A stretch of DNA of 64,000 nucleotides, taken from the NCBI GenBank assembly GCA_025594325.1, contig JANHCV010000002.1, forward strand, positions 1,054,001 to 1,118,000, written 5' to 3'. The stretch comes from Blastocladiella emersonii ATCC 22665 (Eukaryota > Fungi > Blastocladiomycota). Positions 41,436-52,929 of this stretch are shown here, piece after piece (position 1 is the first letter of the stretch; each line of letters opens with the position of its first letter). The notes under the pieces are model-generated. The model did no database searches and was not told where the DNA came from. It saw nothing but the letters and a program-made list of their open reading frames with translations. The position numbers and the translations under genes were made by a program.

Positions 41436-42765
41436 TCAAGCAGCGTAGTGCTCCTGCTGGAACGAGTTGATCTCCTGAATCGTGAACTCTACACGAGACA
41501 CGGCATGTCAGGCTCGCGGTCGCGAGGGCGAAACGGCGCAGCAACGTACCCTGCCACTGCTCGAGCGTGAGCTCGGCGTCGGTGAAGGACCAGTCAAACT
41601 GCTTGTCCGACACGGGCTCGTCCGTCTCGTCGTGGTACATGGCGAGGTACGGGTGCGCGAGGGCCTGTTCCGCGGTCACGCGCTCGCGCGAGTCGAAGAC
41701 AAGCATCTTGGACAGCAGGTCAAGCGCTACCCGAGGAGCCGAGTGAGTGAGCGGTCGCGCAAGATGACCAGTGAGAAGGGGAAGCGTACCGAGCGGATCA
41801 ACACCGGGGAAGGCCTCGGCAAACGGCTTGGGGTCGCGGGGTGGGAGCGACTTGACGAACTTGAGCGTGTTCTCGCTGCAGATGGTGGCGACCATGGACT
41901 CGGGCGGGCTGCCGAGCAGCTCGGTGATGATGGAGAACTGGTTGACGTGGTCCTTGCCCGGGAACAGCGGCTTGCCCGTGAGCAGCTCGGCGAAGATGCA
42001 CCCGACCGACCACAGGTCCACGGCGTTGTCGTATTTCTGCCACGTCAGCATGATCTCGGGCGCGCGGTAGTAGCGCGTCGAGACGTAGCCCGTCATCTGC
42101 GGGTCGTTGGTGCGGGCGAGACCGAAATCGCAGATCTTGAGGTCGCAGTTCTCGTTGACCAGGATGTTGCTCGGCTTGAGGTCGCGGTGGATCACGCCCG
42201 CCGAGTGGATGTACTTGAGCCCGCGCAGGATCTGGTACAAAAAGTACTGGATGAACTGCGTGTCGAGCGGGCGCGACAGCAGCAGCCGGTGCAGGTCGGT
42301 GCCGAGCAGGTCCGTGACAAAGTAGATGTCCTCGGACGGCGACAGGAAGATGTCAATGAGGCAGATGACCTACACGGGACGACGCGCGTGTGAGTGCGCG
42401 CCCATCGCTGACGCGGCGTGAGCGAGGGACGAAACGCACGTTGTCGTGCTTCATGTGCCGCAGCAGCTTGAGCTCGCGGCACGTCCGCTTGGCGAGCACC
42501 ACGTTGCTGAACGGCTTGAGGATCTTCTTGATGGCCACGGGCTGCTCCGTGAGCTTGTCAACGGCCGAGCTAGTCATCGTGCACGCGTGGCTTCGAGTCA
42601 GCCTCGAGCAAATCCCGCACACGAGGCGAAAAGGACGGACCAGACGAGACCAAAGGCACCCATGCCGATGGGCTGCAGGTCCGTGTAGCGGTCCGTGACC
42701 TCGAAGATGTTGCCGTAGATGTTGAGCTTCTGGAAGCCCTCGACGGGCGCGGCGTCGGTCGTCAT
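41436..42765 (-). CDS. HOG1: Stress-activated MAP kinase Hog1/p38, multi-exon
   Basis: [54 protein letters not shown] (TGY loop). Confidence 0.97.
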
Positions 42766-43075
42766 GGTGGGTCGATTACGTTGCAGCGAGTGGAGGTGCG
42801 TTGCGAGAGCAAGGGGAGCGCGAGCGCCGCCAAGAGAGGAGGTGGTCGGTCAGCGTCAGGGAGCGGACGGTGGCGTCCGCGAAAACGTGATGCCCCGCTT
42901 GATGAACAAGCTGGGGCCCCGTCGCGATCTCTTCATCGTCAGCAGGTGATGTAATCGAGGCGGCGAGGCGCGACGCGTCGCTCAACCCGGCGGACGCGCT
43001 CGCGCCTCTCCTCTCCGCCGGCCGACGCTCTCCATCGAGAAGCAACGTATCAACTCCCTGCAACCCCCCTCCACC

Positions 43076-45303
43076 ATGGCGGCCGACGCGTCCTCGGCGT
43101 CGTTCGTCAAGCACATCCTGGTGGTGGCCTTCCACCACACGCTCGGCCCTTGCGTCGAGTGGGCCTACCCGCCGCTTCCGCCCGTCCCTGGCGCGACTAC
43201 CCCCGCGAACGAGGCCGATGCGACCAAGCAGCAGATTGAGCTCCCCGCACAGTGGGCCGCGCTGATCCCGTTTTGCGCGCTGCCCGATGGCGCGCACGCG
43301 GCCGACGGCGCACCCAGCGCTTTCCACCTGCCGCCCGTGCCCGAGTGGGACTTTGCTAAGCGCACCGTGTTTGGTGCGTACTCTGCTCTCACGCACTCGC
43401 CCACACCCCACTCACACCCCGCGCGCGCGTAGCCACGGCCTACTACCGGCAGATCAACGCGAGCGAGCTCAAGGTCAAGACGCCCGACATCACGCGGCCC
43501 ATGGTGCAGAAGGCCGTGGTGGTTCTGACGACCGAGCCCGTGTACGGCGGGCTCAAGGACTCGCTCGAGGCGGTCACGGCCGAGTTCTTTGCCCAGCGCG
43601 ACTTCACGCAGCGCGACCTGCTCGTCACCTACTTTGCGAGCGTGCAGTCCATGTACACGGCCAACATCCCCGCGTGCATGTTCGACACGAGCCTGCACCT
43701 CGGCCAGTTCATTGACCGGTTCCGCGCCAAGGCCCTGGTCCTGTACAAGCTGGTGCTGCTGCAGAAGCGCGTCATGTTCTTCTCGACCAACGTCGCCGAC
43801 CTGATCCACGCCCAGTACGCGCTAATGTTCCTGTTCCCGTCGCTCGTCTTCCACCTGCACCACACGGGGAGCCCGGATCTCGCTCCCGACTCGGCCGCCG
43901 CGCCCCTCGTCGACGCGCGCATCCAGTTCGACCTCGACTCGCCGTCGCGCTTCACCGACGCCGCCGGCACCGCGCTGTCGCGGCGCGCCCTGTTCCAGCG
44001 CGCCGGGTTCCCGGTCCCCGTGTTCCCTGCGGGCTCGCTGGTCCAGCCGTACCTGCCGCTGCAGCAGCTCGACGCGGCGGCCGCCGCCACGGGCGCCGTC
44101 CTGTTCGGGTCAACCAACGCGGTGCTGCGCGACCACCGCGCGCTGCGCCTCGACGCCGTGGTGCTGTGCGACGGCAACTCGCCAGCCGACCCGGACCCGC
44201 GCATCGAGATCCTCAACCCGGACCTCGCCCCGCTCCTCGCCCTCACCCCGCCCGACAAGAAGTGGGTCAACGACCTCGCTGCCGCCGTGGCCGACCGCAC
44301 CAAGACGGTCGGTGGGGATAACGCGCCCGAGATCAACGAGCTCGTGCGGTCGCAGTTCGAGGAGTACACGCTCTTGCTGCTCGCCACGGTCCAGTTTGCC
44401 GCCGGCGCGATCGCGGCGGGCGAGTCGGCGGCGGCGCTCCCCGCTGCTGCCAAGGACTCGGCGGCGGCGGCCGCTACGCCCGCGTCGCCGGCCAAGGCCG
44501 TGGGCGAGCAGGGCAGCGCGCAGGACCTCGCGCTCCCGGCGCCGCCCAGCGGCGGGAACAGCGACGAGAACCTTTCTGCCGGCGGCGGTGGCGGGAACGG
44601 CGGCGCCAACGACCCGAACGACCCCAACTCGCCCGCAGCGAAGCGCAACCTGCTCGCCGAGTACAACACGGCGTGGGTGCGCGCGTGGCTCGGCACGTCC
44701 GGGTACACGACCTGGTCGACGCGCGCGGCGGCGGACCTGCACGAGACGGTGGACCCGGGCCACCCGTGCCACGGGCACACGCTCGCGGCGCACCTCAACG
44801 ACAAGCTGCACACCAAGATCGCGGAGCTCAACCTCGACGCCAAGAAGCAGGCGGTGCAGGCGCACCTCGCAACCGCCGTCACGTCCGGGTCCAAACTGCT
44901 CGGCCAGTACGCGGCGCGCGTCAAGGAGGAGGCGGCCAAGCGCCAGCAGCAGTCCGCGCCCGCCGTCGCGGCGACCCGCGAGGAGATTGCTCAGAAGACG
45001 TCGGCCGCCGCGTCCAAGGCCAAGGCCGTCGGCGTCTCTATCTGGGGCGCCGCGTCCGCGTACATTGCCACCAAGCGCGCCGAGTATAACGCTACGGGCG
45101 CGGGTGCGGGTGCCGCGGGCGGTGTTCACGCCGACGAGCCCAAGAAGGTGGCGAGCGCGTCGCCCGTTTCCGCGCACGGCCAGACCGCGGCCGGCGGGCA
45201 GCTCGGGTCGGCCGACTCGATGGACTCGAGCGACGGGCTCGTGGGCGGTGGGCCGGGCGCCGGCGGCAAGCACAACGCGCTCAGCGCGGGTGATGACGAG
45301 TAG
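43076..45303 (+). CDS. AVL9: Late secretory pathway DENN-like protein Avl9, 1 intron
   Basis: VVAFHHTLGPCVE, FCALPDGAH, spliced YRQINASELK..ITRPMVQKAVVV, LYKLVLLQKRVMF, QPYLPLQQ motifs. Confidence 0.9.
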
Positions 45304-46150
45304 CAGATGGAAGGTGGAGGTCGATGGACAGCCTTGCAATATATAATCGGACTTGCTGGTGGCGCAGGCGGCCAGTCCCTGACGGCCCGATCAGGTCGCA
45401 AGTTTCGAGATGCGGCCGTTTCGAGACCCCCGCCTCGCCTCGCCCACACCGCCGCGGCCGGCAGGGAGGGGCGGCGCCGTCGCTCTCCTCTCCCCCGCTG
45501 CCCTCGACCTCCTGGGCTGCTACGGATAGATAGAAGGCTCCAACTACGAGCAAACGAAGCACTTTGACCGCGACGCACGCACGCCGCCGAGAGAGACGAG
45601 TCAGGGCGACGCCACCGCTCCATCTTCTCCTCGCCCGCGACCTCCTCGTCGTCAACGGACCCTCGCCTGATCTGCAACGAGCGACCCAGCCGCCGCGACG
45701 TCTCGATTCTCGGCCGGGCTTGTCGTGCAGGGCCCCGGAGCGCCGCCACGCCGTAATTTCCGCCCCTGCCATCACCGAACCACCGCCGTCTCGCTGCCCC
45801 GCGCGAGCCTCCCCCGCCCCACGGCCGAGCCTACGCCGAGCCACCGAACCTGCCTGCTGAGCCCCGCTGCGGTCGGTCCCCTGCCACGTACGATCACTCT
45901 TGTTGTTGAGGCGCCCGCGGCGGCGGCCATTGAGCTGCTGCGGTCCGTGGCCCGTGGCCAACACCATGGCCGCCGCCGCCGCGCTGTGATAGCGCGTGTG
46001 TCCGAAGGCGCTTCCAGTGCGCTCGTCGTTAGCGAAGGTTATGCTGACGCTTGCGCTCCCCGCTCTCCATCTCGCTCGCTCCTGGTATCCCTGCGCGAAC
46101 GCACGCTGGCCGTGTCGTTCTGCTCTGCTCTTGACTGTCCACCGGCCACC

Positions 46151-48515
46151 ATGGACTCGCCATCGTCCTACGCTACTCTTTCGACCGCTGCCGCTGCGGC
46201 TGCTGGCTCATCCCGCGCGGCACGCTCTCACTCGGACCCACCACCGCCGCACGCCGCCGCCCACGCGACGACTGTACCCGCGACCACCACGGCCACGTCG
46301 GCTCCGCGTACCGTCCCTCGCCCGCTGCGGTTCCCTGCCCGCCATACCTCCATGATGGCGCTCTCGACGGGCCCGCTGTCCGCCGGATTGCAGCAGCAGT
46401 TCAGTCCGCACGCGTCGTCCTCGCCGCTCTCGCCCACGCACCGGCGCCAGGCTAAGAGCGATCTCTCGCCGCTCCTCCCGCACTCGCTCCCGCGCCCGCT
46501 CCCGCCGTCGCACCTGCCGCTGTCGATCCGCACCCATCCGCCACGGTCTTCATCGGCGCCTTCCTCCGCCCCGACGTCTGCCTCACCGCTCTCCCCGATG
46601 GCCCAGTACTCGGAGTCGGCCGCCGTCCGCGCCCCGCCGCGCACACTGTGGGTGCAGCTGTCGGACCCGGACTCGGGCGAGCCGTGGTACGCGAACCCGG
46701 ACACGGGCGAGTGTGTATGGACGCTTCCCGAGGGCGAGCACGCGTACGCTGACTTAACTGTCCTGTCCGTCAGTCGAAGCACGCTGCTAACGCGTTATCG
46801 AATCCCCTAGCCTTGACACGGGCAGCGCGTCCGAGATGTGGTGGCAGCTGTACGACGACGTGCAGCGCGCCGCCTACTACTACAACACGGCCACGGGTGC
46901 CACCCAGTGGACCCGCCCGACCTCCGGCGCCGCCTTCATCGTCAACCTGTCCAACATCCAGCGCCACGCCATCGGCAAACGCGTCTCGCTCGCCTACCAG
47001 CCCATCCGTATCGCCGAGGCCGGCTCGCTCGCTGCGTTTGCCGCTACGGCCACCTCGACGCTCGCCCGCATGGAGGCGCCGCCGGGTCTCGCCACAACTG
47101 CGAACGCGAATGCGATTGCGAGCGCGGCGGAACCCGTCGTCGCGTCGCCAACACGCTCCACGCACGACCACGAGCACGAGGCCGAGGGGGAAGAAGCAGT
47201 TCCACAAGAGCCCATCGAGCCGTCGCCGCGGTCGTCGCTCGTGCCGCAGTACCCGTCGCTGCCCGCGGCCGAGCTGATCCGGGCGCACGACCCGGCGGTG
47301 GTGATCACGGGGCAGTACAAGATCGACGGGTTCGCCAAGACGTACTTCCGCGAGCACAAGCGCGGTCTGTTTCGGCGGCGGGTCCCCGTCGAGAAGCTGC
47401 TGGTGTGGAGCAAGGACCCGCTGCGGCACCCGCTCATGCCGCAGACGTCCAAGCCGCGGCACCGCGACGCGCTCAAGTGCTTCAAGGCCATCATGCGCAT
47501 CATGGGCGACCGGCCCAGCCCGGCCTCGCGCTCGCGCACCTCCGACACCCAGTGGGTCATCGAGCGCGCGCTCGCCCACGGCGCCGAGATGCGCGACGAG
47601 GTGTACGTGCAGGTGTGCAAGCAGCTGACGGGGAACCCGGGGCCCGACAGCGTCCGGCGCGGGTGGGAGCTGCTCGCGTGCCTCGCGCCGTGCTTCCCGC
47701 CGTCGCGCAAGTTCGAGGCGTACCTGCGCGAGTTTGTCGCCGGCGCGGCCGCGCTCGTCGACGTGGACTCCGAGCACGACGCGGTGCCCGTGATCGCGCG
47801 CCACGTCCTGCGCCGGCTCGACCGCACGTGCACCAGCGGCCCGCGCGGCACCCCGCCGTCGCTCCCCGAGATCGAGCTCATGATCGACGCGCCCTTCTCG
47901 CCGTCCGTGTTCGGCGACACGCTCGACGAGATCATGCGCCGCCAGCGGCTCGAGTACCCGGCGCTCGAGTACCCGCGCACCCTCGTGTTCCTGTGCCAGG
48001 CGGTGCTCGAGCTCGGCGGCGACGCCGCCGAGGGCATCTTCCGCGTCCCCGGCGACGCCGACGCCGTCACGGAGCTCCGCCTCCGCATCGACCGCAACCG
48101 GTACGACGCCACGGGGATCACGGACCCGAGCGTGCCCGCGGGGCTCCTCAAGTACTGGCTGCGCGAGCTCGCGGACCCGCTGGTCCCGATGGACACGTAC
48201 GACGCGTGTCTCGCGGTCGGCAAGGCGGGCGACGTCGCGGGCGCGGTCGCGATCCTCGACGCCCTGCCCGACGCGAACCGCCGCGTCGCGCGGTACCTCC
48301 TCGCGTTCCTCCAGGGCATGGCCAAGCACGCGGCCGTCACCAAGATGAGCGCGGCCAACCTCGCCATGGTGTACGCGCCCAGCTTCCTGCGGTGCCCGTT
48401 CGAGGACCCCGCGGTGATTCTCGAGAACACCAAGTACGAGCAGCAGTTCTTGCGGTACCTCCTCGCGGACGAGGTCGTGTACGGGATCGACGTGCGCGAG
48501 GTGCCGTGGAGCTGA
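46151..48515 (+). CDS. WW-WW-MyTH4-RhoGAP protein (ARHGAP39/Vilse-like), 1 intron near 46746-46810
   Basis: WW motifs LWVQLSDPDSGEPWYAN..GECVW and WWQLYDD..YYYN..TQW; MyTH4 (RDEVYVQVCKQLTGNP..GWELL); RhoGAP (EGIFRVPG, KYWLREL, KMSAANLAMVYAP). Confidence 0.9.
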
Positions 48516-50503
48516 GTGAGAGCGGACCATAGTGTAGGGGTCCGGGATTTTGGGCTTTGTAGCAATAGACGCCACTATATGGGAAATTTTATGAAGATCG
48601 AATGGTCGCGGCGTCGAGGGCGAGGGCGGTGGTGGTCGGTGGTCGGCGTGCGGCGTGTGGCCTTAGCGACGCGTCGGTCAAGCCGGCCGAGGTGGCCCGG
48701 GACCCATCCCCGCTCCTCAACCGCGCCCATGTAACTCCACCACTCCCATGAATTACACTCGTATCTTCATGCAATCAACTGCCCGCGACCCCGCCGAGGC
48801 CCTGACGCCCGGGGCACCGCCGCAACGTCGTGCAGCCCGACATGATCAGTTTCGCGATCACAGCTCTTCCCACGCCAGCTGGGTCGCTCGTAACGGTCGC
48901 GACACTCGCGCGCGGCATGGGCGAGGTGCAGCAACGTCATGCGCATGCGATCTCGATGTGTAAGAAGGCGCAGGAGGGCGGGGTCGAGGTCGGCGATGGG
49001 CGTGAGCCGACCACGCAGCCCGCGCGCATCCCTCACCGTGACCGCTATCGGCATTCGCCGCTTCGGCGGTCTCGACCGAGCCGCAGAAGAGTCCGGTGTG
49101 CAGGGAGGCGAAGACGGGCGGTCTGTGCAACGAAGTCGGTCGCCTCGCGACCCGGCCACGCATCCCCGCGCGTCACTGCCCTCGCCGCTGCTCGCGCTCA
49201 CCGCGTTGCCCGTCTCGACTGACCAGAACCCTCGAATCTTGTCTTTCTTGAGTGTAGTGCCGGGTGCGACAAGTCGGACAGCGCACCGGCTCGCGCTCAA
49301 GGCCGTGCGGGGTGCGTCGAGCGACGTGTCGGCTCCCGCGGGAGACCGCGCTCACTGCTCGCCGCTCGCGCTCTGTGTAGCAAAGTTTTTTTGCGGGTGG
49401 TGGGGACGGCGGTCAAGAGCGGCTGCGCCACGGGGGCGGTCGGCTCTCCTGACGTGGGCTCCCACGCGCCGGCGCGCGCACGCGTTGCGCGGGCAGCGTG
49501 GAGTCGGTGGCGGCGCCACATCACGCGGTATGACCGACGCGCTCCACTTGCCGCCCTCGCCGCACGTACTGACCCGATCCGCCTGCTCCCATGCATCTTC
49601 CTCGTCGAAACTTGCTGAAACTATGCTGGGTCGGCGTTGCTGAGGGCCTCGTCGCGCACTTTCCTCGCATCACCGCCTCATTCGTACCTCGTGCCGGATT
49701 CGTCCCCCTCCTACTTACCTCATACCTCGTACCGCATCGCCACTACCGCTATACACGGCCGCTCCTGATCCTTTATTCTTGCGGAGACTATCCCCTTGAT
49801 CGCCGCACGGTGGTTCTCGGACCCCCCCCCCCGCTCGCTCCCCCGCTCATACACTCGCGCTCGTGCACGCTTCCCCGCCACCAGCCTGCCGCTCGACGAG
49901 GAAGCTTTGGAGGCGGTCTCTGACCGGAACCGTTGTGAGAGAGCGACTTGTTCACCAGCGACCACGCTTTTGCGCTCAGCTCGAACGGTGGCAGTGCAAT
50001 CGACTACTTGCGCGAGCCTGCCGTTCGGGCCTCTTGCTCGCTCGTCGAAGGCGTCGGAACTGCGCATGAAGCGCCTCTGCGATGAAGGTTAACCCGCTGA
50101 AAGAAGCGCTGTCGTGACGGTGAGCGGGCACCAGCGATCTCGACTCGCTGATCTCGCTCGCGGTAAGGTGGCCGATCACCGCGCGCCGTTGCAACAGCGA
50201 CGCGTCGCGTGGCGATGCCATGGTGCGAGACATCACGCTTCCGGCTCAGCCTCCTGCATCACCCGCTTTCGTTTCGACCGAGCTGTGAAAGCGAGGGTCA
50301 GCTTAGATCAGAGGGATTGCTCTCCCACGGCTCGAACTGAGTCCGTGGCGACCTGGACACAGCGAAGTATCAGCTGCAACGACTGCTAGCCGCTCAATGG
50401 ACTCGATTACTGCAGACAATACGGTACTTGATTGATGATGAAATATACAAGAACAACCTTGGCCGAGGCCACACGCCTCCGTTTCTCTCGGTTCAAGCCC
50501 GCC

Positions 50504-52495
50504 TTACACGGGCGAGTCGAACGATGGCGGGCGGCGGGCGCCGACCATACCAATGGCGGACCCGCCGCGGCCGCCAGACGGGCGCGCGGCGCGGGCGACG
50601 TCGGCCGTGGTCTTGGGTTTGACGCCGTGGCCGCACGGTGGGAGGTGCGGGTGGACGCGGCGGTGGGCGGGGTCGTGGAACTGGCCGACGGCTGCGTGGT
50701 GATGAAGCCCATGGCCGTGACCGTGCCCGTGATGCGTGTGGTGATGATGCAGGAGCTGCGTGACGCCGGTACCGCACCGCGGGTGCTGGCCACCAGCGGC
50801 GACGGGCGGGCTGTGGTGCATGGCCGTGTAGCTTTCGATGAGCTGCTGCGGCGTGAGGAACTCGGAGCCGACCTCGGACGGGTCGACGGGCAGGTCGATC
50901 CACGACGCCAGGTCCCCGCCCTCCTCCTCGTCGTCGTCGTCGTACTCGCTCTGGCTGTCGCGCGCCGCCGTGCTGCTGCCGCCCGCGGTCCCGTCATCAG
51001 TCCCGCGATCACTCGCGCTGGTCACGGACCCGTACTGCTGGTAGTGGTACAGGCCGAGCCCCGAGGTGTCGTTGAACCCGCGCGCCACGGGCGACGCGCG
51101 GCCCGAGGCCGGCGCCGATCCCGACTCGGACAGCGCCGACCCCGCGGCGGCGTACCCGGGCGGCGCGTTGCGGGCGGGCTGCATCGACATCTCGGCGGCC
51201 GACGCGACGAGGTCCTCCATGTCGATGGCGTCGACGGGGAACGCGGTGCGCAGGGCGCCGCCGGGCGCGCGGCGCACGGGCAGCGGCGACATGGCGGCGG
51301 GCCCGAGGAACGTGTCGTTGAAGACGACGGGGCTCGCGCTGCCCTCGGACTCGTCGCGGTTCCCGGCCGCGGCGGCCGCGGGCGACGGCGAGGGGACGGG
51401 CGACGAGAGGACGGGCGGGATCCAGAAGTCCGAGTACCCGGCGGGCTCGGGCGCGGTGCCGGGGACCGAGACGGGCGAGCCGGTGACCGGGGCGCGGAGC
51501 GCGTCGAACTGGGCCATGGACCACGCGGGCGCCGGGACCGGGTACTGGTTCTGCTGCTGGTACTGCTGGGCGAACCCCTCGACAGCCGCATTCGACGCCG
51601 AGTAGCCAGACGGCGCGCCCCAGAGCGGGTCGGGCCCGATCCAGCCGACGGCCGACATGAGGGCCTCGAGGAGCGACGGTGCGTCGGCAAAGTAGGCGGC
51701 GAGGCGCGGGCCCCACATGGCGTCGGGGACGGCGGACCGCGGCGCGAGCAGGAGCGCGTCGAAGGCGTCGCGCACGGGGCCCGGGTCGAGCGCGGACCGC
51801 AGCGCCTCGAACAGCGTCGGGTCGTACTCGCGCAGACGCTCGACGTGGTCGGGCCGCGGGTCCGGGAGCGACGTCAGGATGCCCGACGACGACGCCTCGA
51901 TGGCGGGCACCTCGACCGTCGCGGTACGGCGGCGCGACCGCGCGGGGGAGCCGAACACGGGCGACCCGAACGCGGGCGACGCGCGCTGCTGCTGGAGCTG
52001 CTCGGGAGTGCCTGCGCGCGACGAGACCGACGACGGCAGGATCTGCTCGGCCGTCAGCTCGCGCTGGCCACCGGCGCCGCCGCCCACGGCCGGCGACCCG
52101 AACGGCGGCGCGTCAATGACAATCGACGGGACCGTCGGGATGCTGTACGCCTCGTGTCCGGGCGCGCGGCCGCCCGCGTCGTCGTCGTGCGGCGCGAGGC
52201 GGTACGGCTCGGGGTACGTGGTGATGCGCGGCGGCGGGTTGGCCTTGGGCGCGACCAGCGTCTCCTCGCCGCGCTTGGGCGCGAGCATGGGCGACGGCAG
52301 CGGCTCGGCGGCAGCGGCCGCGGCGAGGGGCGCGAGCTCGTCGCCCTCCTCGTGCTCGTGGTCGTCGGCGGGGTCGCACTCCTCGGGGATGGGCAGCAGC
52401 GGCGACGGGGCCGGGTGCTGGAACGCCGACTCGGGCACGTCCGTCACGTACGACGCGCCGTAGGCCGAGGTCGGGCTCGACGTCGGCGATGCCAT
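50504..52495 (-). CDS. Hypothetical low-complexity protein rich in Ser-Pro sites
   Basis: Long intronless ORF with host codon bias and gccATGG start; no folded domain recognised. Confidence 0.65.
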   Translation of the reverse strand: MASPTSSPTSAYGASYVTDVPESAFQHPAPSPLLPIPEECDPADDHEHEEGDELAPLAAAAAAEPLPSPMLAPKRGEETLVAPKANPPPRITTYPEPYRLAPHDDDAGGRAPGHEAYSIPTVPSIVIDAPPFGSPAVGGGAGGQRELTAEQILPSSVSSRAGTPEQLQQQRASPAFGSPVFGSPARSRRRTATVEVPAIEASSSGILTSLPDPRPDHVERLREYDPTLFEALRSALDPGPVRDAFDALLLAPRSAVPDAMWGPRLAAYFADAPSLLEALMSAVGWIGPDPLWGAPSGYSASNAAVEGFAQQYQQQNQYPVPAPAWSMAQFDALRAPVTGSPVSVPGTAPEPAGYSDFWIPPVLSSPVPSPSPAAAAAGNRDESEGSASPVVFNDTFLGPAAMSPLPVRRAPGGALRTAFPVDAIDMEDLVASAAEMSMQPARNAPPGYAAAGSALSESGSAPASGRASPVARGFNDTSGLGLYHYQQYGSVTSASDRGTDDGTAGGSSTAARDSQSEYDDDDEEEGGDLASWIDLPVDPSEVGSEFLTPQQLIESYTAMHHSPPVAAGGQHPRCGTGVTQLLHHHHTHHGHGHGHGLHHHAAVGQFHDPAHRRVHPHLPPCGHGVKPKTTADVARAARPSGGRGGSAIGMVGARRPPSFDSPV

Positions 52496-52929
52496 GGCGG
52501 TGGCGGTAGTGGTGTTTTCGGGTGGGGAGATGGGGCTGCTACGGTTGCGGCGGCGACGGCGACGCGTCGTCAGTGATGGGGTTCGTGATGATGGGCGCGT
52601 CGCGCGGGCGATGCAGTGAGTGGCGGTGCATACGTGTGAAGCGGCCGTGCGTGTTCGAGCGAAATTCCCAGCGCGCAGCCGGGGAGAGCGAGGGCGGAAG
52701 CAGCCGAGCCAAAGGGAAGGCGAGGCGAGGCGAGGTGGGGGACACACCCGCGGCATGGGAGTGCGTCGCGTCGCGCAACGCGTCCGCTCGGCGGGCTTCG
52801 CTCGCGCCGATCGCCGCACGTGCGCGCCGAAACCACTGGAACCCGTCTGGCCGCCGTGATAAGCGCAACACGACCCGATACATTATTATTAGTGGTCGAC
52901 CTAGCCTAGCCTCGGGGACGCGCGCACCA

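Noticed and set aside
48589-50400. Short ORFs in the RhoGAP-to-orphan interval
   Set aside because: No motifs, homology cues or repeats that support a gene or element.
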